A stretch of 64,000 bases of DNA, taken from positions 1,248,001-1,312,000 of the forward strand of contig CAVYRF010000002.1 of NCBI GenBank assembly GCA_963770895.1, read 5' to 3'. The notes beneath the pieces are model-generated. The model was given only the letters and a program-made list of their open reading frames with translations, did not search any database and was not told the origin of the DNA. Position numbers and translations under genes: made by a program. The DNA is from an uncultured Acidobacteriota bacterium. GTDB taxonomy: Bacteria > Acidobacteriota > Thermoanaerobaculia > Multivoradales > UBA5704. Positions 23,271 through 35,429 of the stretch are shown piece after piece. Every line of letters begins with the position of its first letter. The stretch's first letter is position 1.

Positions 23271-24982
23271 GTTTCGTCCTGCTCGATCTTGCTCAGCACC
23301 CAGTCAAACTCACCGCTGGTGATCTTGGCGTCGCAGTGGGCGCAGCGGCCCGCCATGCTGACCTCCAGCGGCGCGCCGCAGTTGGGGCATGCCTTGTCGG
23401 TGCGCGGCGCGCCCTTGACCGAGGCACCGCGGATCAACGTCCAGTACTCCGAGTAGTCGCGGTCGGCGTTGGGATTGCCGCCGACCACCTGGCCGGTGGC
23501 GTCCAGGACGGTGAAGTCGCGGCCGCTCGCCCAGATGCGGAAGGTCACCGCATCGAAGTGCTTGTCGCGGATGACCTTGGCCAGCTGATAGCGGGACAGG
23601 CGCATCTCGCGTAGCTGGTTGCGCAATCCCTGGTGGCGGTAGGCGGTGATCCAGTACTGCAGGTAGTCGAACAGCCCGTCCGATACCAGCCCGCGCACCG
23701 GCGTCAGGTCGAGCGCCGTCCACGCCGGGTTCAACTCGGTGTAGATCAGCTGCAGGCGGCCGATGATCGCCTCTTCGCCGCTCGCCGGATCGGCGGCCGT
23801 CAGCTCCGCCATGCGCGACGCCGCCTCGGGGTGCACCACGGTCGGCAGGTCGTTGCCCACCTCTTCGGTGGTGCCGGTCAGCGCCGGCGGGCGCGATTCG
23901 ATCTCCAGCGCTTGCGTGACCTCGACGCTCCAGTCGAAGCGGCCGCCCGAAACCACTTCGCCGCAGTACTCGCAGCGGTCGCCGCCCGACGGGCCGAAGG
24001 GCGCGCCGCAGTTGGGACAGTGGAAGCTGCGCACCGCCTCGGGCGGCTTGGTGCGCACGCTGGCGCCACGCACCAGGTGCCACCGCTCGCGGACGTAATG
24101 GGTCGCGTCGCCGGTGCCGGCGCCCACCGTCATGTTCGACTCAAATTCCAACACCACCGCGATGCGCGCCTGGACCGGGTCGGCGCCCTCGCCAGGCAGC
24201 CGCAGGTCCACCGCCCGCATGGCGCCGATCACCACCCCCGACACCGGCGCTCCCACCGGCTGGCGGTTGGCCAGCTCGTTGCGCGCCGCCTCCGAGAGGT
24301 ACGGCGCCAGCGAGTCCAGCTGATGGCGGTCGGAGCGCGATTCGTGCGCCTTGGCGTACAGCGCGTAGGCAAAGTCTTCGAACAGCACCACCGAGAACTC
24401 CGGGTCCAGGTTGCGGATCTCGTCCAGGTCGCGCGCCGGTGGCGGCCCGTCCGGCACGGACGGTCCGTCCCCACCGCCGCCCGGGAACATCGGCGGCACC
24501 GCGGGAGGACCGCCGCCGCCGCGGGACTTGTTGATCGCGTACAGCACCAGGATCACGATGACGATGACCACCAGCAGCATGAAGCAGCCGCCGACGCCGC
24601 ACCCGGACCCGCCGCCGCCGCGGCCGATGAACCCCGGCCGCGAAGACGAGCTACCGAACGAAAAAGAGCTGCCGCTCCGCGAGCTGCCGCTGCTGTGCGA
24701 ACCGCCCGAAAACGTGTGCCCGCCGCCCGGCCGCAGCGCCGCCATCCGGATGCCCGCCGACCCGCCGGACCTCCCCAGGCCGCGGCCGGGGTTGAGGCCG
24801 TCGGTCGCAGCGGTGCGGATCCAGGCGGCGGAGCCAACCCCCGTGGTCCGAGCGTCACCCAACCGCTGCGCCTGAGCGCTGCCGTGGACCAAAAGGGGCA
24901 CAAGGGCGACAAGGCTGACCGCCAGCCAGACGCGGCGTGCCGCCGCGAAGCAGGATCGAAGCCGCAGGTCTCGATTTTTCAT
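23258..24982 (-). CDS. Tim44-like domain protein with two CPNCGAP zinc ribbons and an N-terminal signal/TM region
   Basis: two repeats of an NTF2-like domain followed by CPNCGAP..C..C..SG.FDW; Gly-rich GGGHTFSGG linker and TM helix; start uncertain. Confidence 0.8.
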   Translation of the reverse strand: MKNRDLRLRSCFAAARRVWLAVSLVALVPLLVHGSAQAQRLGDARTTGVGSAAWIRTAATDGLNPGRGLGRSGGSAGIRMAALRPGGGHTFSGGSHSSGSSRSGSSFSFGSSSSRPGFIGRGGGGSGCGVGGCFMLLVVIVIVILVLYAINKSRGGGGPPAVPPMFPGGGGDGPSVPDGPPPARDLDEIRNLDPEFSVVLFEDFAYALYAKAHESRSDRHQLDSLAPYLSEAARNELANRQPVGAPVSGVVIGAMRAVDLRLPGEGADPVQARIAVVLEFESNMTVGAGTGDATHYVRERWHLVRGASVRTKPPEAVRSFHCPNCGAPFGPSGGDRCEYCGEVVSGGRFDWSVEVTQALEIESRPPALTGTTEEVGNDLPTVVHPEAASRMAELTAADPASGEEAIIGRLQLIYTELNPAWTALDLTPVRGLVSDGLFDYLQYWITAYRHQGLRNQLREMRLSRYQLAKVIRDKHFDAVTFRIWASGRDFTVLDATGQVVGGNPNADRDYSEYWTLIRGASVKGAPRTDKACPNCGAPLEVSMAGRCAHCDAKITSGEFDWVLSKIEQDETYSG

Positions 24983-25149
24983 AGGTGGTGGGCAGGCGGC
25001 AGAGGCACGAAACGTTGGGCTGCGGGTCGGCGGCTCGGGCGCGGGGCGCGAATCGGCGGTCTCGGCGTGACAGACGGTACGGATCAGGGCGTTGACGGCA
25101 GAGGCAGCGCCTATTGTAGACGACTCAGCGCCCGCCGGAGACAATGGCC

Positions 25150-26111
25150 GCGTGCGCCGCCCGCAGCCACCAGCCCCCCAGCACCCAACCCCCGCCGCCC
25201 CCGCCGCCCCACCGCAACCGAGCCCGCCAAATCCAAACCCGCAGAACCCGAGCCCAAACCCGCCAGGTCCGAACGCGCCGAGCCCGAGGCCACCGAACCT
25301 GCGCGTGCCACGGATCGAAGACCCGTCGCTTAGCGGCAGCGCCTGGGCCGGAGCGGCGGGCGTCGCTCCGTTCACGCTCGCTGACGGCAGCGCCGCCGCC
25401 AAACAGGCGACCCGGGCGCTGCTCGCCTGGGACGCGCGGGCGCTGTACGTGCGCTTCGAGTGCGCCGATCGCGATGCCTGGGGGACGCTCTACCGGCGCA
25501 ACGATCCGGTGTACAGCGAGGAAGCGGTGGAAATCTTCCTGGCGCCGGGGGCGGAGGCGCCGCGGCGCTACCTGGAAATCGAAATCAGCCCCCTGGGAAC
25601 GGTGTTCGCCGCCGTCATCGACAATCCGACCGGCAGGCGGGCCGACCTGGTGGCGGACACCACCTGGCCCTGCGCCGGCCTGCAATCGCAGGTCGGCCCC
25701 GGCGGCGCTAACCAGGACTGGTGGGCGGCGCTGGCCATCCCATGGGCAACCCTCCTGGCGGCGCTGGACGCTGGGCCCGCGGCAGCGGCTGCCGGGGACG
25801 ATCCGGGCCGTCTGTCCGCCACCGGCAACGATCCGGACCGCCAGGACGCCGCACACCTCGATCCGGTCCGCCAGGCCGCCGCTCACCTCGACCCGGGCCA
25901 GGAGGCCGCCGCTTGCCACCCCCTGGGGGACGCCAGCGATAGACGCGCGGTCGAGGCGCCGCCTCTCCTGTGGCGGGCAAACCTCTATCGGATTGAGCGG
26001 CCGCGCGATGGCGGCGCCGCCGAGTTCAGCTGTTGGTCGCCCACCTTCACCAACCCGCCGGACTTCCACCGCCCGGAACGGTTCGGTTTGTTACAGCTCG
26101 TACGAGGGTAG
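25150..26111 (+). CDS. carbohydrate-binding family 9-like (DOMON-like) protein with Pro-rich N terminus
   Basis: WD..ALYVRFEC.D, E.VEIFL, YLEIEISPLG, AIPW, WRANLYRI, WSPT....FHRPERFG; start uncertain. Confidence 0.8.
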
Positions 26112-26235
26112 CGCCGCTCCCCGACTGCCGTGCATGCGACGCGGCCATCCGGCCTCGCCGGCGGCGGGCGGCGGGCCGCATGGAGCCGCCCTCAGCTACC
26201 AGGTCTGCCCTCAGATCTGCCCTGTGGTCGCGCAA

Positions 26236-26640
26236 TCAGGCGGTTTCCGGATCGAGGGCGTAGCGGCCGGCGCCGTCGGCGTAGAACTTGAGGAGGCCGC
26301 CGATGAGGGCGATGTTCTTCAGAATGTGCGCCATCTGGTCCTGCTTCGACGCCGGGTCCTTGGCATTCGCCAGGAACGCCCCATGGATGCCGAAAGTGGC
26401 GGGCAGCAGGAAGACGATCAGCGCCAGAGCCGCCAGGCGGGTGCGGAAGCCAAAGGCCAGGGCCAGGCCGCCGCCCAGCTCGAAGACGATCGCGGCCACC
26501 ACCCAGAGCGACGGCGCCGGCCAGCCCAGGCCGGCGAGCAGCTGGGCGGTGCTGGCAAAGCCGACGATTTTCATGCCGCCGGACAGGATGAAGATCAGCG
26601 CCATCAGGACGCGGGCCAGCCACTGTGCATGGACTCTCAT
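26236..26640 (-). CDS. DoxX family membrane protein
   Basis: RVLMALIFILSGGMKI, ELGGGL..FGFRTRLAA, H..F, KNIALIGGLL. Confidence 0.9.
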   Translation of the reverse strand: MRVHAQWLARVLMALIFILSGGMKIVGFASTAQLLAGLGWPAPSLWVVAAIVFELGGGLALAFGFRTRLAALALIVFLLPATFGIHGAFLANAKDPASKQDQMAHILKNIALIGGLLKFYADGAGRYALDPETA

Positions 26641-26654
26641 CGCGAGCTCCTTTT

Positions 26655-26680
26655 TGTTGACACATAATGTGTCGCAACAC
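26655..26680. promoter_or_regulatory. palindromic operator upstream of the DoxX gene (probable MarR site)
   Basis: perfect inverted repeat GACACAT-A-ATGTGTC (26659-26673); related ACACATAATGT upstream of the marR gene. Confidence 0.6.
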
Positions 26681-26725
26681 GCATCGTAGCGCGAAGCGGC
26701 GCCGCGCCGCAAGGGCGTCCACGCC

Positions 26726-27190
26726 TCAAGCCTCGCCGTAGATCTGCTCGCAGAGACGCGACAGTTCGTGGCAATCGCCGCGTGACAACCTCGCGGCGAA
26801 GTCGCGCTCGACCTGCTCGGCATCCGGGGTCATGCGCGCCAGCAGCTCGATCCCTGCCGGAGTGATTCGACTTATTGACAATCGTCGATCTCGCTCCGAG
26901 CGATCGCGCTCAACCAGGCCGCGCTTTTCCAGCCGATCGATCAGGCGGGTCACGTCGGGCGACCGCTCCAGCATGCGGCGCACGATCTCGCATCGCGAGT
27001 GCCCTTCGGGGTGCACCCCGCGCAAGATGCGCAACACGTTGTACTGCGTCCCCGAAACGCCAAATTGCGAGCAGATACGTTCGAACTGTTCGCGCAGGTG
27101 GCCGGCCGTCACCAGCACGTTCAGGAACGCTTCCTGCGCCGAGCTCTCAAACCGCTCCTGCTGGATGCGCTTGCGAAGTGCATCTCCCAT
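26726..27190 (-). CDS. MarR family transcriptional regulator
   Basis: QYNVLRILRG, DVTRLIDRLE..GLVER.RS..DRR...ITPAG. Confidence 0.92.
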   Translation of the reverse strand: MGDALRKRIQQERFESSAQEAFLNVLVTAGHLREQFERICSQFGVSGTQYNVLRILRGVHPEGHSRCEIVRRMLERSPDVTRLIDRLEKRGLVERDRSERDRRLSISRITPAGIELLARMTPDAEQVERDFAARLSRGDCHELSRLCEQIYGEA

Positions 27191-27234
27191 GAGACGATCA
27201 TACCATGGCATATGTTGTTGCAACACATAATGTC
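27191..27234 (-). promoter_or_regulatory. extended -10 promoter (TGgTATGAT, 6 nt before ATG, leaderless) with palindromic operator
   Basis: TATGAT on minus strand at 27197-27202; TATGTTGTTGCAACACATA palindrome at 27211-27229. Confidence 0.65.
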
Positions 27235-27555
27235 TCGCCGAACGGCGCACCAGCAGCAGCACGCGCACTTCCCGACGCCGCCGCCGCGCAGAACCATCCA
27301 CCGTTGAGGCAGTAAATAGCGGGGCGCAGTCTACCAGCTTGCCGGCAAGCGGCTACGTGCCGGGCGCCGGCCGCGGCGCCAAGCGGCGCGATCGCCGCCA
27401 CCCTGGAAGCAGGGAGCAGGCCATCCTGCGGCCCAACCGCCGCGGCTACTCGCCCATGCTGCTGTGCCGCGCCTACGGCGCGGCGATGCGCTGTCCCGAC
27501 CGCGGCCTGCCGTGCGTACCGGGCGCCGGGCACCGGCGCACTACAATAGGTGGAG

Positions 27556-28619
27556 ATGACCACTGTGAACCTTGCCGCGCCGCCTGCGTTTCGTCTGACC
27601 GGGTGCGCCAAGACCGGGGGCTGCGCCGCCAAGGTCGGCCCCGGCGACCTGGCGCAGCTGATCGGGCCGCTGGCCGGCCGGCTGCGCGGCGGCGACGCGC
27701 GCGTCCTGGTCGGTCCCGAAACGGGCGACGACGCCGGGGTGTTTCTGCTGGACGGGCGCGCCCTGATCGCCACCACCGATTTCATCCCACCGCTGTGCGA
27801 CGACCCGTTCCGCTTCGGCCGCATCGCCGCCGCCAACGCCCTGTCCGATGTCTACGCCATGGGTGGCAAGCCGCTGTTCGCCCTCAACCTGTGCTGCTTC
27901 CCCCCACCGGCATCCCTGAGGGCGTCCTGGCGGCAATCCTGGAAGGCGGCGCCGCGGCGCTGGCCGAAGCGGGAGCAGCGCTGCTGGGCGGCCATTCGGT
28001 GCGCGATCCCGAGCTCAAGTTCGGCTTGGCGGTGATCGGCGAGGCGGCACCCGACCGCCTGCTCACCAACGCCGGCGCCCGCGCCGGCGACCACCTGGTC
28101 CTCACCAAGCCCCTTGGCGCCGGCGTCCTGGTCAACGCCTTCAAGATCGGCCGCCTGGACGACGTCGGCCTCGAACCCGTCCTGGTAGAGATGGAGCGGC
28201 TCAACGCCACGGCCTCGCGCCTGGCCCTGGAACACGGCGCCCACGCCGCCGTGGACGTCACCGGCTTCGGCCTGGTCGGCCACGCCCTGGGCATGGCCCG
28301 CGCCTCGGACGTCGCCATGCGCTTCGACTTTGCCAGCCTGCCGGTGCAGGCCGACTTCTATCGCATGGCCGCCGCCGGCGTCACCACCGGCTGCACCGAA
28401 GCCAACCGCAAATACTCCAGCGCCGTCTTCACCGCCCGCGACGATCTCAGCTCGATCCAGCACGAGCTGCTCTTCGATCCCCAAACCTCCGGCGGCCTCC
28501 TGATCGTCCTGCCCGCCGGAGCCGCCCCCAACCTCCTGGAAGCCCTGCACGCCACCGGCCACCGCGCCGCCCAGATCGGCCAGGTGCTCCCCGGCCCCCC
28601 ACACATCCAGATCGCCTAG
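27556..28619 (+). pseudogene. selD: selenide, water dikinase (Cys form) with one frameshift in a C-run at ~27900
   Basis: [39 protein letters not shown], then GGHSV.DPE.KFGL, LTKPLG, DVTGFGL.GH, DPQTSGGLL in another frame. Confidence 0.9.
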
Positions 28620-28791
28620 CTCCGGAATCAGCAGCCGTCGCCCGCCGCGCATCCCGCGGCGGTTGCACGGGTAGGAAGGCCGGAACCGACCGCAAACTCG
28701 GATCTTGCCAGAGAAGGGCGGGAAAAAGGGCGGGCGCGTCGGTGCGTCCGGGCCGAGCGTCACCCCTGCGACGAGCGACCCGGCCGGGCTC

Positions 28792-29598
28792 CTATTCTTC
28801 GGGCGCCGGCGCGTCCGACCTCGCGAGGAGTCGTGTTTCCAGCCTCTCCATCCGACGCTCCAGGGCCTCGATGCGGGCCAGAAGCTGGGCAACCGAAGGC
28901 GCCGCGGCCGGCGGTCCGGACGCCGGCGTCGCGTACGTGGAGTGTGCTGTGGTCGCGACCCGCGCGGCGCTCCCGCCGCCACCGGCTCTCCCGGCAGCAG
29001 GGGCGCTCGCGGCGTTGCCACTTACCGTGCTCACCGCCGTACGGAGCGCCGGCCAGGCCGGCGATTCCGCTCCGGAGGTCGATTCGGGCGCCGCCGGTGG
29101 GTCGCCCAGCAGGTGGCACCAGCGGAGCTCGCGCTGGCCGACGCGGCGCGGCAGCTGGCCCACCAGGGGCTCGTCCTGCGCGGAAAGGCGCTCCAGCAGC
29201 TGCTCCACCTGGGCGAGCGAGTCGAAGCGGTGCATGCGCTCGCTGCGTTCGCCCAACTGGCCGGTGGTCTGCGGTCCGCGCAGCAGCAGCTGGGTCAGCA
29301 GCGCCTTGCTCGGCGGGTCCAGGTCCCAGCGCCGGTCGACGCTCTGCTTGAAGCGTTCCACGCGGGCGCCCTCGGTGCGCCAGACCAGCACGTCCTGGCG
29401 CAGGCGCTCGACCGCCGCGGCCACCTCGGATTCGGTGAGCTGCATCACCGGCTCGCGGTTGGTCTTCTGGTCGCAGGCGGCCACCAGCGCATTGAGCGAG
29501 AGCGGGTAGGCCTCCGGCGTGGTCTGCTCCTTTTCGAGCAGCGCCCCCAACACCCGGATCTCCACCGGGTCGAGCAGACGAGGGATGCGGCGAGACAT
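28792..29598 (-). CDS. YceH/DUF480 family protein
   Basis: RVLGALLEKE.TTPEAYPLSLNAL..AC.QKTNREPVM, LLLRGPQT.G.L..R..RMH.F, RW.HLLG. Confidence 0.9.
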   Translation of the reverse strand: MSRRIPRLLDPVEIRVLGALLEKEQTTPEAYPLSLNALVAACDQKTNREPVMQLTESEVAAAVERLRQDVLVWRTEGARVERFKQSVDRRWDLDPPSKALLTQLLLRGPQTTGQLGERSERMHRFDSLAQVEQLLERLSAQDEPLVGQLPRRVGQRELRWCHLLGDPPAAPESTSGAESPAWPALRTAVSTVSGNAASAPAAGRAGGGGSAARVATTAHSTYATPASGPPAAAPSVAQLLARIEALERRMERLETRLLARSDAPAPEE

Positions 29599-29646
29599 TG
29601 CAAAGTCCTCCTGACGACAACCCCGGAATCTATTGTCGATCGGGGC

Positions 29647-29675
29647 TTGCGCTTGCAAAGCGATAGTGCCATACT
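29647..29675 (+). promoter_or_regulatory. sigma70-type promoter for the cold-shock gene
   Basis: TTGCGC-17 nt-CATACT with extended TG; AT-richer intergenic context. Confidence 0.5.
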
Positions 29676-30063
29676 CCCGCCTAATTCCTGTGCCTTACGG
29701 ATTCGTACTCTAGCGACACACTTTTGGACCTTGCTCTGCACTCTATTTGCAGGTGAAGCCGTTGATCCGAGCAGGTGCAGTGCCCCACTACCGACGATCT
29801 CTTGCCCAGCGCTGTGATCGCACGCTCCCACAATTCGACTTTTTGAACTTTGTAACCCCGACGGACTCGCCGGATACCCCATAACCCCATAGCGCCGTTT
29901 GCTATCACCAAAACTACAACGTGGTCAGTCTGGGGGAAGCCGGGTACTTGTCGAACGAGGGGTGATCGATTGGATCTGTCCTCCCCCGGCATGAGGGGGG
30001 TGGGGCGATAATGCCGTTCTGCATCGCGGCGATCATCAACAACCTGTTTCAAGGAGCAAGAGT

Positions 30064-30270
30064 ATGCCCGAGCAAGGAACCGTGAAGTGGTTCAACGACG
30101 CCAAGGGATACGGATTCATCGTGCGGGAGCGCGGCGCGGATGTGTTCGTCCATCACGCCTCGATCATCGCCGAGGGTTTCCGCACCCTGAACGAAGGAGA
30201 CCGCGTCTCCTTCGAGGTCGTCGAGGGACCCAAGGGCTTGCAGGCGAAGAACGTCGTCAAGATTTCCTGA
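30064..30270 (+). CDS. cold-shock protein (CspA family)
   Basis: [29 protein letters not shown]; AAGGAG RBS. Confidence 0.97.
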   Translation: MPEQGTVKWFNDAKGYGFIVRERGADVFVHHASIIAEGFRTLNEGDRVSFEVVEGPKGLQAKNVVKIS

Positions 30271-30440
30271 GCCACTTCCGCAACCCATAATCCCGCGCCC
30301 TGCCGGCACTCCACCGGCCGGGCGCAGCGGTCCCTCACCGCCCTGCAAGGGCGGAGCGCGCGGTTGCGTCCTCCACGGCGCTCCTAGCGTTCAACCAGGA
30401 CGCCCTGGCGACACTGCCGTGTCGCGGCACGCGAACCAAT

Positions 30441-31658
30441 TTATCGGAACATCGGGCAACCGCTCGTGCACCGGACGACGCGACCGTCGAACGGGCTCTT
30501 GCTGTCCGTGCAGACACCGAAGTCCAGCATAAACGTCTCGGCAGCGAGCGCAAAGAAGGATTGGCAATCGGCACAGCTTCCCGGCGCGGGCTCTGCGCGC
30601 GGGCTTCCCCAGCGCAAGGCAGTCGCCTCCTCGAAGGCCGAAGCGGCGGCCTCCTCGTCGGACAGGCCCAGCGCCCCGTCGTCTCCCAGCCAGAGGCCGC
30701 CCGCCTCGGGGAGAATCCATGCTGTTTTGGAGAGGCGGATATCCCATTGCGGGTCGCGAGCGGCCATCACCATGGACAGGAGACGCTGCCCGTTGGAGAA
30801 GCGGATTACAAGCTCAGGGATGGGGCCGCTGATCGAGATGCTCTCAATCACCGCGCCGGTCAGGCCGTCGACTCCGTCTCGGATCACAAAACCCTGCTCG
30901 GAGCTGCCATACAAGACTGCTGCCGCATCTTCGACCCGCCAGTCCCAGGATATGGAGATGGTCGCTTCTCCGGCGCCGTACGTCCTGTCCTTTCCTTTCG
31001 GCGGTCGCAGGCGGCCCAGCTCCAGATGGATCATCGTGCCGTAGCTCTTGGATGCCCGCGACACTTTCATTCCGATCAGCGGCTCGATCAGGATTTCAAA
31101 ATCCGTAGCCGACAGCGGACGCTTCTGCCTGCGGCGTCTTCCAGCTGACGGATCCTGGCGGTAGAGCTCGCGCAGCACCTCGAAGTTCGACGCGCCTCGC
31201 TCGACCGCATCCCACGTGAGCACCACGGCGCCGCGGGCCGACACCTCGCCGGGGCGCACCGAATCGCTGGCGACGACAGGTTCGTCAAATTTCTGGCGCT
31301 TGTTCTTGGCGACGTACGCACTCGGGTAGACCGAGATCGAATCGAGCCCGGGGTAGCCGTCGGTCTCGCGGTGCAAGAGCAGAATGCAGGCTTGCGCGGC
31401 GATGGTGAGCTTGATCTCGTCCGTCATCACCAGCCCGCCGCAACCTTCGAAAGTCTTTTCAGCAAGAAAAACCTGAACGTGCCCTTCCAGCTCACGCTGG
31501 TCCTCTGCGGATAACGAGGCGGCGCCAGGGACATTGCGCCGAACCGTCGCGCGCTGCTCGGCGGAGAGCGGCCGCTGGCGAAGCTTTTCGCGGCGCTTCT
31601 CCTTGAAATGGAAGTCGACCACGTGGAAAGGGTACCATCGCTGCGACTGCCGGGACAC
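30441..31658 (-). CDS. chimeric ORF: internally deleted MtfA/peptidase M90-like region + unknown domain + DUF3027-like Cys motif
   Basis: FLAEKTFEGCGGL.MTDEIKLTIAAQAC, VYPSAY, VVLTW..V..G then YRQDP with no HExxH; C-terminal CADC..F..L....FGVC....SPFDGRVV...GC. Confidence 0.65.
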   Translation of the reverse strand: MSRQSQRWYPFHVVDFHFKEKRREKLRQRPLSAEQRATVRRNVPGAASLSAEDQRELEGHVQVFLAEKTFEGCGGLVMTDEIKLTIAAQACILLLHRETDGYPGLDSISVYPSAYVAKNKRQKFDEPVVASDSVRPGEVSARGAVVLTWDAVERGASNFEVLRELYRQDPSAGRRRRQKRPLSATDFEILIEPLIGMKVSRASKSYGTMIHLELGRLRPPKGKDRTYGAGEATISISWDWRVEDAAAVLYGSSEQGFVIRDGVDGLTGAVIESISISGPIPELVIRFSNGQRLLSMVMAARDPQWDIRLSKTAWILPEAGGLWLGDDGALGLSDEEAAASAFEEATALRWGSPRAEPAPGSCADCQSFFALAAETFMLDFGVCTDSKSPFDGRVVRCTSGCPMFR

Positions 31659-31668
31659 TAGGTCAAAG

Positions 31669-33440
31669 TCACGGGACCGCCTGCCATATCTTTACGCCGT
31701 GGTCAGCGCCGGCCGGCTGCAACCAGCGCACCGGCGGCAGCGGCGCCACCAGGCCCGCCGGCCGCGAGCGCAGGTCGAGCGGTCCGATGACCAGGTAACG
31801 GATGCGCTCCTGGCGCACCAGCTGTTGCAAGGCGGCGTAGTACAGGTCGGGAGTGGTGATCTGGTTGCCGAAGGCATCCGGCAATGACACATAGCGGTGG
31901 CGCAGGTAGCGACCCAAGAAGGGCGAGCTGCCGGCGAACACCGCGTCCGGCGGCGCTGCCGCATCCAGCTGCCGCAGCAGCCGCACCTCCGTATAGGGGT
32001 GTTCCGCAACGAAGGCCGGCAGGCGGTATGCGAAGGTTTTGACACCCAGGATCAGCACCGCGATCGCGGCGACCGCAATCAGCCCCATCCGGGCCCGCCG
32101 TGTCGCGTATCCCAGCGGCACGCAGCCCAGGGCATAGGACCCCGGCAGCAGCAGAAGCAGAAACCGGCCCCAGGTAAAGAACGTCAGGGCGGTGGCGCAC
32201 AGGAAGCTGCCCAACGCCAGAATCAACCACCGCGCAGCACCCGCCTGTCCCGCGAACCAGTGGCGGCGGCCGGGCCGCCATGACGACGGGGTGGTCGATG
32301 GCCGCGTCCCGGTCGTTCCCATCTGCCACGCATCGAGTGCTGGCGGCTGCGCCGCATCCGCCGTTTGGGCGGCGTGAGCGCCATCGGCAGCGTCGTGGAC
32401 GCCATCGGCGGCCTGGGCGGCGTGGGCAAGGCGGGCCGACGCCGCCGCCAGCGCCCCTGCGACGATCAGCAGAGCGTGGATCTGGGTGCCGTAGAGCTGT
32501 GCGGCGCCGGCGGTGAGGAAGCGCCACAGCTCCGCAAACGCGCCGGCGGCCACGCGCAGGGGGTCGTTGGCGACAATTGCGGTTGCCGATCGAAAAGGCA
32601 CCCGATCCAGGTACGACCAATCAGGATAGCCGTACAGCTTGAACGCCAGGTTCTTCCAGTTTTCGTCGTAGAAAGGGTTGCCAAACGCCACGTATCGCAG
32701 CCACCAATGCGGCAGCAAGACCACGATCGCCGCGCCCGCCGCAAGGGCAAGGTCGCGCCAGCGCAACCGGCGGCGCGCCGGTACCTCCTCCGCCGCCGGC
32801 GCCGGCAGCGCAGGGCTCGCCAACCACCACGCGGCGAGCAGCGCCGGAATCAGAAAGACGGCATTCGAACGGGTGAACTCGGCCAGCCCCAGCAGAATGC
32901 CGGCGGCCAGCGCCGCGCCGCCAGACCCGCCAGCAACGCCCCCTCCGTCGATTGCCGGCGCCTGCAGATTGCACAGGCCCGCCAGCAGGCAGCCGGCGGC
33001 CAGGGCGCCAAACAGCATGTCGGTGGTCACATGCTGGCCCAGGATCCACAGGTTGGGGTCGACCGCGACCAGCGCCATGGCCCATCCCCCCGCGGCGGCG
33101 CCCCCGAGCCGCCGGCCGTAGGCATACGCCAGCCAGGCGAGCACCGCGGCGGACAGATTCGAAAGCAGCCGCGCGGCGGTAAACGCGCCGCCGGTGAGCG
33201 GGCTCGCCGCGGCGACCAGCAACGGATACAGCAGCGGTCGATAGGGATCGTGCGGCAGGCTGCCGTGCAGCAGCTGCTCCGCCTGGGCCACGAAGCCGTC
33301 GCGCTCGGCGGTCCCCGCCTGCTCCACCCAGTGATAGCGCGCGCCAAACACCGCCAGACCGACAAAAAGCAGCACGGCCGCAGCCGCCGCGATCCGGTCG
33401 GCCCGACCGTCGCGCGCCAGCCGCGGCGGCATGTCGACCG

Positions 33441-33444
<4 letters not shown>
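31669..33444 (-). CDS. GT-C (ArnT/GT39-like) multi-pass membrane glycosyltransferase
   Basis: ERDGF..A, RPLLYPLL, ARLLS, TDML, GLAEFTR; many TM helices; start overlaps ftsB stop. Confidence 0.75.
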
Positions 33445-35377
<1,933 letters not shown>

Positions 35378-35429
35378 CTACGCCCCAAAGGTTAGCGGTA
35401 AAAGCGCGCTTGCTCAAGGGTTTTGCCGA

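Noticed and set aside
27556-27640. Selenocysteine recoding in selD
   Set aside because: The active-site codon is TGC (Cys); there is no in-frame TGA.
29681-30052. 123-aa minus-strand ORF upstream of csp
   Set aside because: No coding-like codon bias or motifs; better explained as the csp leader.
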